Assembly: GCA_010356995.1 (NCBI GenBank)
Contig: ML996688.1
Coordinates: 868,001-932,000 of the forward strand
Origin: Trichodelitschia bisporula
Taxonomy: Eukaryota
Direction: 5' to 3'
DNA length: 64,000 nt
Below the pieces are notes generated by a model. That model searched no databases. It was not told the origin of the DNA and saw nothing but the letters and a program-made list of their open reading frames with translations. The translations under genes and the position numbers were made by a program. Each line of letters opens with the position of its first letter. Position 1 is the stretch's first letter. Below, in pieces: positions 22,587 to 34,683 of the stretch.

Positions 22587-25199
22587 ATGAATTTACGCCG
22601 ACTTTTTTTCTTAGCGCTTTGCGCATTGCCTCTCATGGCAGGTAAGCTGACCCATATCGGGAAACAAATGATGCGGAGCAGCGTTAATCAGTTCACAGCC
22701 TCTTCACCTTCGTTGGCCGCATCCGCTTCACTATCTCCTCCAGCTTCAGTCGCCTCCCTTGGTGGCCTCAAAGCAGCAGTAACCGCCCCGGCTTGCGTAA
22801 ACTGCCTGCTGGAGGCCTTCAATCCCGTAACTTTGACGTTTCCAGATTCTGTCCGTGGCAACGTGACAAGCACGACAGCAACGGTCATTGGCCAACCTTT
22901 TGTTGATCAAGAAGGACGAACCATTTCTATCAGCTATAAAACTATCACTTCAACCTTCGTTGCTCCTGGTAACGGTACTTTTCTCTTTACTGGAACTTGG
23001 TCGACACTCGGCACTGTCTTGTAAGTATTTCCATATGTCCCCTGAAGAAGCCCTCACCCTAGTAGGACATGGCCCACCACATATCTTGCCTTCTCTCAGT
23101 TTGGAGTTGTACCAAAGTGCACCGGAGCAACAAGCACGCTGGACCTCCCGCAGCAGACGGACCCAGCGCATCTCATATTTCCCATGGTGGGCGATATGTC
23201 CGGAGTCTCCAACGATGTTGCAGCGTATCTGAACTCCCTCCATCTCACCAGCAACGCAACCGACTTAACTCAATGTGCCTGGGCAATAGAGCAAGAAGCC
23301 AAACTGCCGATACCATTCGGACCGCGAAAGCGGGCGCTCTCCGTCCCAAAGCGGCTCAGACCTCGTCTCCGACCGCGAGCAACTGGTCCACATAACACGG
23401 CCGAGATCGCATTCGCTCCCCATATAACATTTGCCCCTGAATTCCTCCCTTCAAACTCCTCGAACAATACCAACAGCTTCCGCAGCTCACCGGAAGAGGA
23501 ACCAACGCCGGCAGTGACCCATGTCACGCAAGTCGTGCTCACTGATGTCACGAGCATGCGCCAACCGATCGTCGTCTCCACTCCCGCCCCCGGTGGTCCA
23601 AACACTGTACGAATACCGGCCCAAGGAGGACCAACGAACGCGCTCGCTCCGCCAGGCGGCGGCACAAGCGGGGACGGCACTACCGGTGGAGACCCGGCCA
23701 ATGGGGGTGGTAACCGCGGCCAAAATCCATCAGGCGGCTCGGGGTCTCAGGTTATTACCATCGGGGATACTCCAGTCACTGTTGCACCTGTGGTGCCCGG
23801 TAATGCTGGGGGTGGAGGTGGAGGCGGCAATAGCGCCGGTAGTGATGGCGGGAATGGGAATGGGAACGGTAATGGCGGGGGCGGCGGGGGCGGCGAGGGT
23901 GGCGGGAATAATGGTGGGAGCAGCGGGAGCGGAAACAACGGTGGAGGTAGTGGGAGCGGAAACAACGGGGGAGGCAGTGGGAGCGGAAACAACGGCGGAG
24001 GAAGTGGGAGCGGAAACAACGGTGGAGGCAGCGGGGGCGGGAACGGGAATAACGGGAACGAGAACAGCAACGGTAATGGCGGCTCTGGAAATGGCAACGG
24101 CAATAATGCCAACGACAACTTGGTCAACAACATCCTCGGCGCGCTCGGTATAAGTAATACCGGCTCGGGGTCGGGGTCGGGTTCGGGTTCTGGTTCGGGA
24201 TCCGGCTCAGGGTCCGGCTCCGGTTCAGGTTCAGGGTCGGGCTCCGGCAGCAGCAATAGCAACAACGGAGCAGGCAACGGCGCCGTCGTAGTCGCAGGCA
24301 CAACCATCCAACCCGGCCAAGTCGCAACAATCAACGGCGTGCCCGTCTCCGTGCCCCCCTCCGGCGGCAGCATCATAATCGACGGCTCCCGTACGGTACC
24401 AGTCAATACCCCCTCCAACGCCCGGCCGACCCTCAACCTTGGTGGCTCAACCATTACCGCCAACGCCGACGGCGCCTTCTCCATCGCGCCTGGTGCAACG
24501 CTCTCCCCGGGCGGTCCTGCTCTCACCGTGGATGGCACGACGCTCAGCCTCGCGCCTGGCGGGTCGATTGCCTTGGTTAACGGTGTGACGCGCACGCTTG
24601 CGCCTGGCACGGGGAGTACGGCCCTGCCTGTGCTGACGATTGGAGATACGCGGGTTACGGCTAGTGTCTCGGGGGGCAGTACGGCATTTGTGATTGCGCC
24701 TGGGACGACGCTGACTCCAGGCGGATCGGTGTTAGTATCTGGGACGATGTTCAGTCTCCCGGCCACGGGATCGGGCGTTGTGGTTGTCAATGGACAGACC
24801 TCGACGCTGGGTCAGGGGGCGGTGATTACGCCGGCGCCGCTAACGGTGGGGGGACATACGTATTCGGCACGGGTAGTGGATGGGACGACGGTGTATTCTA
24901 TTGCTCCGGGGGTTGTGCTTACGCCTGGAGGGGTGGTGACGGTGGATGGGACGAGGGTGAGCTTGGAGAGTGATGGGGGGGCGGTTGTTATTGGGAGTAG
25001 TACGTCGAGGGTCGGAACGGGAACGTTGAAGAGTACGAGTGCGACGAGCACGAGTGAGGTTAGGACGGGAGATTCGATTGCTAGTGGGTTGGGGGCGACG
25101 GGGACGGGGAAGGGGAAGAAGGGTGCTGGGAGTGTGGTGGAGGTGCGGGTTGCTGGTGTGGGGTTGGGGTTGATGATTGGGCTTGTTGGGCTTCTTTGA
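22587..25199 (+). CDS. Secreted, probably GPI-anchored Gly/Ser/Thr-rich cell-wall protein
   Basis: Signal peptide MNLRRLFFLALCALPLMA; intron from ~23021; repeated TLTPGG-x-V-x-GT-x-SL units; hydrophobic C-terminus after KGAG. Confidence 0.8.
23800..24270 (+). repeat. Coding low-complexity repeats: about four GSGNNGGGS units and a (GS)n tract
   Basis: 27-bp units gggagcggaaacaacgg... at ~23920-24035; ggctcggggtcg/ggttcg tract at ~24162-24250. Confidence 0.9.
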
Positions 25200-26003
25200 T
25201 ACTGAGTTCGATGACTGCTTGCATGGCGCAGGCGTCTGGAGTCTTTCTTTGGTCTCATGGTCGCATAATGTTTTCACTGCTGGGTTTCATTGATGTAAAA
25301 GCCAGGCACTGGCTTCTCTTCCGGTTGTTGATGTCTCTCTCTCGATCATTCTTGGATACCCACTTCTGTTTTCTAGCATTTTTTCATCTCTGTTTTCAAC
25401 TTGTACCATCCGAGCACCTACTTTCCCTCTTCCCCTCTTCGACACGAAAGCACGGCATCTACTGTTCATGCGCTAGACGTGCTAATTCTCTTCTCATACG
25501 GTTTTGTCCGCCCATTCCCCAGTTCTCCATAGCACCAAACAAGGCCCGGCGCCTATGTTCAACCACAAGGATTAAAGTGTCCATGACAGTTTCCAAGCCT
25601 CATATAGTGTCAGCTAATTTAGCGCTTCCTGCCGCCTGTGATATCGATCGGCGACCGGGCCAATATATCAGCTTAGCCGCGGAGGGCTGAGGATCGGCAC
25701 TATACACCTCTTTAGGGTGCCAGGTGGTAAGAAACACTGTGGCCCTGTACTCGGTGCGGTTATGCATGAAATTCAGGGGAAAATCCCAGATGCCGGACGT
25801 CAAGGTCGCTAGCATGATGTAATGGGCCACCAACCGGTGATGTAGACATGGAAAGCTATCCGGCAAATCCGAGCAAAGCCCCGATCGTTGTGCCTTTCGC
25901 TCACGCCCAAACATCATCTCCGACTCGCAGACCTTTCACCATCAACGAGTTATACAGATTACGCTTCGCTCAATGCCTTCTCCATTTTCAACCCCCACAT
26001 ACT

Positions 26004-26583
26004 CTACACCCTCCCCCCCATCCCCGGATGCGGCCCGACCCCCCCCAGAGCCGTCGTCCCCACAGCCCCAGGCAGCTGAACACCCGTCGGCTTCGCACTC
26101 CCCGCCGTCTTCGTCCCATTCCACCCCTTAGTCCCCACACCTCCCAAATCCCAAGGCCCCTTCCTCCGACACGGCTGCAACACATCCTCAAACACAACCT
26201 TCGCAGCACTCAAATCATTCTCATTAATCCAGCACCCCGTATCATAGCTCTTAACCCAAATATCCCACGGCTGACTCAGGCCCGGGCCGTTATCCGGCTC
26301 GGGGACATCGGTTGGTGACCAGCAGGTGAGGTTGAGCACTGTGCCGCGGTACAGCTTGAGGTGGTTCGCCGGCCAGTAGGCGGTGTTGGGCCAGGGGCGG
26401 CACCAGGTTACGTCGGCGTCGGTGACGAGAGTTATGAAGGGTAGGAAGGCGGGGGGTGGTGTGCTGAGTGCGGCTGCGGCAATGTTAGAAGGGTCGTTCC
26501 TGCGGATTTCGGGAACAGAGCTTACGCAGCGAGGCCGCGGCAGTGAGTACCGTGAGCCCGACGGCCAGAGAAGAGAAATACAT
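26004..26583 (-). CDS. Small secreted protein (175 aa) with an SH3b-like beta domain
   Basis: Exons 26583-26526 and 26473-26004; intron GTAAGC...CTAAC...CAG. MYFSSLAVGLTVLTAAASLPALS...VTWCRPWPNT...LNLTCW...DIWVKSYDTGCWINENDL. Confidence 0.7.
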
Positions 26584-27531
26584 CGCGGCTCCAAAAACGT
26601 CTGTTTATCCCTCCCAACAAAGAGCGACAGACAGCGGACGGCAAGCAAGCGAGCGACGTCGAATCCAGCCCCACACAAACCGCGGACGCTCTTCCTTATT
26701 ACCACCACCGCACCGCAGACCACGTGCACACCTCCACCAGGCACATATTAGCCATCCCAAACATCCACACTTCACCCAAATGTCCTCCCGAACCCGACCA
26801 ATCACCCATTCCGGCGTCCATTCACCATGGCCCCATCGGCACTCTATCTGGCGCACAAGTAAAGTACCCGGAGACCGCAATCCTCGCCAGCGGTACAGTT
26901 GCGCGCATTCGGACCGCTGCCTGCACAGTGCGGCCCGCGGGGCGCTTGTTCTGCGTGAAACGGGGCCGGCAAGCCCCCAACCGGCAGCGGTGATCCCGGT
27001 CGGGTTGTTTATAATCCCGGGCCGGGGGAAAAGCTTGAGTGGAGCTAGATCAGGGGAGCGGTACGGTTTCCACATTGTGTTTGGCACATTGCCGGCGCCC
27101 GGCTCGAGGGCCAGTGACGGCGGTGCTGAATGTTTGGTGGTTGGGTGTCCCCATCGCATCACGTGTTGGCCAACTTGGCGATCACTCATAGCAGAGAGCG
27201 TGATATCGTGAGGGGTGAAACGGACGCCAGAGGGTCCGTTTAGTAATTACTCTTTGTAGTCCCGTCTCTCTTCTACGTCTTGTGAGCCGCCAAGCTCTAC
27301 CGCAAAAGTAGTGGTTCCCATCCACGCCGCCCAAAACTAGGATTACGAGGCTGCCCGTCGCCCACGTCTACCACAGAGGTCTTTCCCCAGTCCCCAAAAA
27401 TTCCCGAGAACTCCATGCCCGCTGAAAGAAAGTTGCCGAATCCTACGGCAACCATAACGCCGCCAAAATGCAAGAATGAGCCGTGAAATAAGAATACAAT
27501 TATTTGCGGTGTAGGTTGCGTGCCGAGCTGA

Positions 27532-28691
27532 TTAAACGCGGTGATCCGACTCTCGGTCGAGTAGCTCGTAATCGATTTTGCCCGATGATTGTGTTCGCCA
27601 GAACCGGAGGCGGCGCAAGGACGCACGTTTCTTGGGACTTCCGGCCCCGAGGCAGAAGCGTGCGTAGACCCAGAAGCCGGCGAAGATGACGCTGAGTCCA
27701 ATGACAGTGCCGAGCACGAAAAGCATTATCCAGTTGCGAGCCATCTACAGCAGTTAGCAGTGTCCCAGCAGGCCAACAGAGTTCCACATTACGCACCCAC
27801 ATGATGAGCTTCACGTCGCTTTGGTGCCACGAACTTCCCTCGTGGTGCGTGAAAAAGCTCCAAGAGTGCGCGTTGTACTCGTCCGGGAACAAAATGCGTA
27901 CGCGATCCTTCTCAGCGTGACTGCCTTCGCTGTTGTAATGGCGCCAGATGACGCTAAGGAAGAGCGGTCCAGTTGAACCCATCACAGTGACGTACGGCAG
28001 CACCCAGTTGCGGTCGTAGCGAGGAAGCGCATCGATGACCCGAAGGAAGAAGGGGTGGTGAGGAACACTGCCCATGACATCGTTGGAGATGCCAGTGGGA
28101 ACAGTGCGACGGACCCAGGCTGGATAGGCGAGTAATGCATCGAGACGGCGGTTGCAACCCTAGCTATGTCAGTATGCCTCGATGGAAGCATGAGAATCAA
28201 ACATACGTCGTCCATGTCAATGTAGATTCCGCCAAAGTGAGCTAGCACAAAGTAACGGATGGCATCGGCGCGTTGGATCGGGTAGGTGTAGCTGTCGAAG
28301 GTCTCAAGGAACCACGGGTATCTGAGACAGTGTAAACAGCTGAAGGCAATCGGATAAGGCGTGCAACGTACTCCTGAGAGATGAACTCGCGCGAAGACTT
28401 GTCAGTCCAAAGCTTGTACTCGTAGTCCTCATGCAAATCCAGGCAGCTGCGTTGTGCCTCCTTCCAACGCTCAGGGATACTCGTATTGCTGTAGGTTTGG
28501 TGGATGATCTTAGGGATCACAGCCTGGCGTTGTTTGGGTAAGGGAGAATTGGGCCCGGGCAGCTCTGCGCGTGAAATGGCATCGCTCCGGCCCGTGACCA
28601 CTAGCAGCGAGAGAAGGGTCCAGACATAGTTGACTATGAAGCCTAGAATCAAGAGGTTGACGATCAGATAGATCGCGTACGCTCTCCGCAT
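27532..28691 (-). CDS. SUR1: Mannosyl-inositol-phosphorylceramide synthase Sur1/Csg1 (GT32)
   Basis: IPKIIHQTY, YKLWTD, YPIQRADAIRYFVLAHFGGIYIDMDD (DxD), GISND, TVMGSTGPLFLS; three introns. Confidence 0.92.
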
Positions 28692-31600
28692 CTTCGATGA
28701 GGTCGGTGCGCGATTTACGTCGAGCGGAGGCTGGTGGGGTAACGAGCCGAATTGGCGGAAACGCGGAGGTTCGGATAGCAGGATAAGGTGTTGAGGTATT
28801 TGGTGGACGTGGTGATGGTCGAAGTCGTGCCGAAGGCTGTCTATCCGCTGCTCAACATGCGGGAGTCGGTCGGTGATGAGTGTACAAAGGTTTGGCGATG
28901 AAGGGAGGGATTCGAAGAAGACGAGGAAGAAAGAAGGGAGGGAGGGGTTCAAAGGACGAAAGGAAGAGAAGGAGGCGCAGCTTTTGGATGTGGATAAGGA
29001 GAGAATGGGGTCCCCGTTGAATTGGGGGTTAGAGGGGATTTGGGGGGGAGAGATTGGAGACGAGAAGAGGCGTTGAGTGGGCGGTGCTAAGGGCTTGGAT
29101 AGGGAGCGTTCAAACGGGGGGGCGGGCGCGGCTGCGCGGGTCGAACGACGCGCGACCGCGTTTCTAACAGGTGCTGGCGTTGAATCGAACGTCTGAAGGA
29201 AACGAAGTGGGGAAATTAAAGTTTTGTTGTCGCGACTCTTACAAGAACACCTGAGAGAAGGGCAGTCTCTTTCATTGATGAGAGTTAGGCCGGACGCCGT
29301 TTCGGCCTTCTGAGCTTCGGTGGAATCGGTGCACCCGCCGCGGAAATTAATGCCAAGGGAAGAAGCCCTCTCGGCTCTTGTCGTCCTTTCTGCTTTGTTC
29401 GTCTATCCAACGAGCATAGTGAGGGAGGTTAAGTGGGATTAGCACTTCTACCCAGAGAGTAATGAAAATGCGCAAAGCTGCCAAGTGTGCCTTGTAGTGG
29501 CTGTCTTCGTCTGCTTCTACGGTAACGGTAACGGTAACGATGATCTTCATCAAGCGACCTGCTCCTTCCCACCACTTTGGCGCGCGTCTCTTGTCTCTCG
29601 ACCCCCACGTTCCCCGTCAAACTGGAAGCCACCGAACCCCAAAATGCGCCACAATCCTGACTACGGAGGTAAGTAACTGCTACTCTCTTGTGCCAGTCAA
29701 ACTCCAAGAAAAAGTCCCAAGAACAACGGAAGGCCAGCCAGCGCTCGTGGTGGGGTCGACTAGAAGACGGCGTAGAGGCGGGCATGCCGCCGAGACTATC
29801 TGTCGTTGCCCCTACTTCACTAATCAACCTATCCTTCCCTTAGCCGTTGAGCTAGTATCTCACATCTCGCATTCCCCTCCCATTTATCCGAACACCCCAA
29901 CAGTGACACTCTTTCATTCGTTGTGGAGGGACGCGCAAGTCTTGTGGACTCCGGTCGTCATCATCTGCATTTACAAAATGCAACTCAAATCTCCATCTGA
30001 CCATCAAAGATGTTAAGTGCCCTCTCCCGCGGTTGTCGCGCCCGTCCACTTCCCACTTCATGAGTGACCGGAGACAAAACCACGCCTCAAATGAAGTATG
30101 CTGGTGCTGGCATTGGCGCGATTGGCTGGTTCTTGCAGGACTCATGACGACGCATCCATCGCTTGCATCGCCAGGGCCCCAAGGACCCCACGAGTGTTAC
30201 TGTAACATCTGCATTGGATAGGCGAAACTGGGCCATATTCCCGCTTTTGCATAAGCAATACGCACTCTTGCTGCAGACCGTCGTCATCTATCCTCGTGAT
30301 TTATCCCGCATGGCTAGAGAGGATCAGTATCGAGTACCTTTCTATCCACAATCTCGGAAATCTAATTTTGTCTACTTGTCAGATCCCACATAGTGGGGGC
30401 TCGTGCCCCGCACGCTGTGGCTGGAGCAGTTGAACCGACGCTGCAGCATTCTCGCGCAATTCGTCCTGCGGAGCGAACCATAACAGCAAGTGTTAACATT
30501 AGCGACAAGGACCGGATAGGCTTGAATCCCGGGCTGTTTAGACAAATGCCGGCCAAGCAGAGAAGAAGCAGCCTTCTCAAATGCACGGGAGGATGAGCTG
30601 GATTGCCGAGGTCGGGTGATGGACATCATCCACACAGTACAACCTCATGCCGAGGGCTTCCAAGACGCCTAGCGCTCCCGGCTGCATACTACGTACGGAA
30701 GAATGCGAGATTGTAGGGATGATTTGTTGTTGAAAAGCTGCGGCGAGGAGTGGAAAGAGAGGATCGCTTCAGATGGTGGATGACGACGCTGTCTCCAGAT
30801 GGCAGGAGCGCCTTCGTGTCCGACCAGAATATGACCACTCGGTGTCAAGTCTTATTGCGGATTAGCGATAATCCAGCAGCAATCCACAGCCGCTGCAGCT
30901 TGTCAGTTTTATCTTCGCCCTCTTTCCCATATGTTACACGGAGCCGTTGGCATCAATCTGAGCCCTTAGCTGAAAGTCACCGGACTGCATTCGGCTTATA
31001 ACTTTAATATGGCCACTTCTTCGGGACCTGATGTGGGCAGGAACCCACCACCAGTCGATCTCTGGGATGTCTGAGCCTCGTTATACTGCATTGACCTTCC
31101 AAGGAACAAACGTTTTTGTCTCGGGCCTGCTGTCGTTCTGATTCCGGAGTGGGACTCGCAAACTCAGCGTACGAACATGCTCGGAGGAGGAACTCGGACA
31201 CATACACTGTCTCTTTGACTATCATAGTGACCATGAACGATGTAGCCCTTCCGTAATGGTGATAAAACATTACGGCAGCCGAGCATCAGCAGTGCTTTCA
31301 GTGCCAGGAGTGGCCGAACAACGCAGTCAAGTCAAAGAGTGGTACCCCTCTCAACTCAACCAACGTCGGTGCGACCGCATCACAAGGCGGCAGCCTTACC
31401 CGACGCCACATAGCGCCACGATGTCAAGATCGCGACTTCAGCCTTCGGCCAGGCACATAAGCGCGGGATGTCCCCGTCCAGACTAGCCCTCAACCTTCAG
31501 TGGCGCAATCCCGAGTCCACTGTCTTACAACAGCGATATGCCGGGAAACGCAGCCTCGTCGGTCGAGCGCCGACCCGGTTCCACGGCCGCGGGGTGGCGT

Positions 31601-32229
31601 TGCACGCCGTTGGGCGGCTTCGCTGGCCGAGCACGGCATCGCTGGCGGCTGCGAGGCGGTTGATGCTGTATTCGACCTTTAGCTGGGTTGCTGGCTCGAT
31701 CCAGCTGCCTCAGTTGGCAGGTACGCCGGCGCTCAGTCGCGTAGAGTCCGGCAGATGGGCTGATATGCGACGGCAAAGCCTACGGGCCGGTCGTAATGTC
31801 GGCAGCGGCGGAGGTACAATGGGTATGAGCGTCCCACGCCTTCCTCATCGTCGTTTTGCTAGCGGCCTTCAAGCTAAAGACGGCAGGATGAACTGATGCT
31901 CACGCCGCCGGCTGAGGCAGTCGCGGGGTTCGACCCAAGCGGCAATGTTAGCGGGGTTGAAGTATCATAGCTTCTGCATCACGCCCTATTTTTTACTCCT
32001 CTTCGGCTTCTTCTCCTTGGGGTTGCTTACCTCGACCTAGAATGCAGCCTTTGGCTCACTACCACCGCCTTAACCTTCAGGTAGTCGATGTCTCGCCTCG
32101 CCACATCGCTATCCCTACTGCATGGCGCCGTTATCGTCTGGGTTACTGGAGTTTCGCAAAGAACAACACCAAGTGGGGCCCAATTCGCGGTGTCCTCGCA
32201 TTGCCCTGCTGCGACGTGTAGTTCTCAAG

Positions 32230-33425
32230 ATGGACGCCGGTCCGGATACGCAAAGCACAGAGTCCGGCGACAGCCATGAGTCAAACACGCAGGAAAGGGC
32301 CGGCCCTAGAGGTGGCAATCCGAGTATGGCTGCCATCGTCTATACGATCGTGTCCATTTCAGGACTGTTGATTGTGGCCCTCCTGCTCGGTAAGTCGAAC
32401 CTGTCAGATTGGCGAAAAGGAAAAAGTCGTACCAGATTCCTCGGCTAAAACAAGCAGGTTCACGTGCGAAGCACCTCAGGTTCAACCACCTTCTCGCCAT
32501 GAATACAATCCGGAAGCTCGTTGTTCTACTCTATGTCTCGTCAATCGGCTTCATTGTGTCCACTGTCGTCATGGGAAATGCCGTTGGCATAACGTCCCTA
32601 CGCACCTGCAAAGCTGGCATATATCTCTGCTTGGGATTCTACATGGCGCATAAGTCGATAATGTATTTCTTCCTCACGGAACGCGCGCACTCAATCCGCG
32701 CGCCATACCAGAAACGCCTCCATGATCGCGTCTGGTGCTTTTTCGCTTCTATCATGACGGTCGGATTTACGGTACTCGCTGTCATGGTATTCATACATCC
32801 GTTAGCCACGTACGACAAGGAGCACGGATGTGCTGTCGGTCTCCCAATCCAGTCCACTTTGGCGCTGTTAGGGTTCGACCTTACGATCAATTTTGCACTT
32901 ACTGGTGTATTCGTCTGGTTGCTTCAGCCCATGCTAGCATTCAATCGACCGATGGGTGTAGCGCCCGGGAGGCGCCGTGTCGCCGCGGTATGGGGCCGCA
33001 TAATCCGCAGTCCCAAGCCGTTGGCAATATCAGCGGTTATCGTGCCGTCCCGTCAATCGAACACGCACGCCAGCCAAGCAGTGGAGCGTCTGGTCTGGAA
33101 AACGATGCTTGCGACGATCTTGGTCATTCTGCCAACCATCACCAACCTGGGCGTCCTAGTAGGCTTTGGGGATCGGGAAAAGGGGTGGTTTTGCTACACC
33201 ATGTGCATCATCGACGGTATGTTCCACCGTTTGTCATGCTCGCGGCGTTATTATCTCTCACTTTCGTAACGTATTACTGATTCCGGTTGGACAGTTACTT
33301 GGGCCGTTGTGGTTATCCACTGGATCACGACGGATCCACTTGAGGTCGAAGACCGCCCTGGTCGTGCCCAGTCGTCCACGGCAACACCTTGTTCGTGCGA
33401 TACGAGATGCTCTGCAACGGTCTAA
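32230..33425 (+). CDS. Multi-pass (about 7 TM) fungal membrane protein, GPCR-like
   Basis: Hydrophobic helices with CKAGIYLCLGFYMAHK..YFFLTERAH, CAVGLP, FDLTINFALTGVF, GWFCYTMCIID|VTWAVVVIHW; two introns. An alternative in-frame ATG lies at 32122. Confidence 0.75.
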
Positions 33426-33922
33426 CGTTCCACGCGGGCTCCAATTACTCCCAACGCCGGTCATGTCGTGTAAAGAAGTGTCGGGGGTGCCACTGAACCG
33501 AAATGGTCAGAATGTTTACGGGTATGCGATTTCAGGCTTGTGGCGAGCAGACTGTCCTTGAAATTTTCTAGTTAGAATGGCTTCGTTTTCTCCTCATGGC
33601 CTGTCTGGAGTTTACATTGTGGCACTTCTGACGGCCCTCTGTGACACAGTTAGCGCGTGGACGGAGACCCGGCTTGAATGGAAAATACGTTGACCCGCGC
33701 ATCGGATGATTTATATCTTAATATGTGTGCAATGCAGGTTTCTTCCTTCCTTCCTCATCGTTCCATCCTCATCATGTTGATGAGTGCACACCTCTCCTTC
33801 ACCAGCATGCTGATTGCTTTGCAATGAGCGGTTGATCAGGAATTAGAACGGGATGACACTCACGCATTGATTCACGGTGTGTTCGATTCTACCATTTGGT
33901 TGGTGATCTGATTGAGATTCAC

Positions 33923-34683
33923 TCAGTATGACTCGGAGTCGTCCTCCTCGAGGATGGGTCGCGCAGATACCGACAGTGGTCGATGCTTTGCCCACGCCCG
34001 TGACATGTTGCGATTGTCGTCGTCGCTGGCTTTCCTTGTTTTCAGCTTGCGCTCCAGGTCCTTTCGTTTCAGTCCTCGTCTTGACTCTTCCCGTTGGACT
34101 AAAGCTGGATTTGGTTCCTGCTTGATCTCCACTTGTCGGTCTTCACGAAACACGGGGTTGAAGGGAGGTCGAACAGGTTGCTCGGAGTCAATGCCCAGGA
34201 TGGCGGATAATTGGTTCGAGATAAGGGAAACGATATATGCGGATCCGACACCGATAATGGCTGCGGCGAAAAAGTAGGCGTAGAGGGGCTAGTAGGTTGG
34301 CATGTAATCGGCATTGGCTCGCATGACACAGATGTAATGGGAATTGGGACAATGACATGCTTTGGTTCTTCGCCCTCTTCTTCTTCCACACTGGCATTGT
34401 TCAAAACAGCGGATGCGTCTGAGACAGGGAACACAGAGAAATAACGGCCATTGGGGCTAGAATCTGGGGCAATGAGACACGGCATACGCACCTCGAACTG
34501 GGCCAGGAAGGATGCGCACCGGGCCACGATAGCAAGCGGCAGGCGCGCGAAATAGACGAATGGCGAAGCGAGGATGCAGAAGAGGCGCCAGAATGGGCCT
34601 AGAACGGTGCTCAAGACGGTAAAGGTCCAAAGGAGGGGAGTGACAAGGCTGGTGTAGAGTAGGCGGAGGGACACGTGCGCCAT
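33923..34683 (-). CDS. Hypothetical fungal membrane protein
   Basis: MAHVSLRLLYTSLV...FLAQFE|PLYAYFFAAAIIGVG...RPILEEDDSESY; 203-nt intron 34289-34491. Confidence 0.65.

Noticed and set aside
23747..24790. 347-aa antisense Pro/Leu-rich ORF and similar shadow ORFs across the window
   Set aside because: Antisense read-outs of GC-rich, repetitive sense genes.
30575..30600. ATGCACGGGA resembling the 5' end of yeast U4 snRNA
   Set aside because: Lacks the upstream ATCCTT that pairs with U6 and has no Sm site; the match is only about 10 nt.
31905..31945. GGTTCGACCC B-box/T-loop-like motif suggesting a tRNA or SINE
   Set aside because: No proper T-stem, acceptor stem or A-box.
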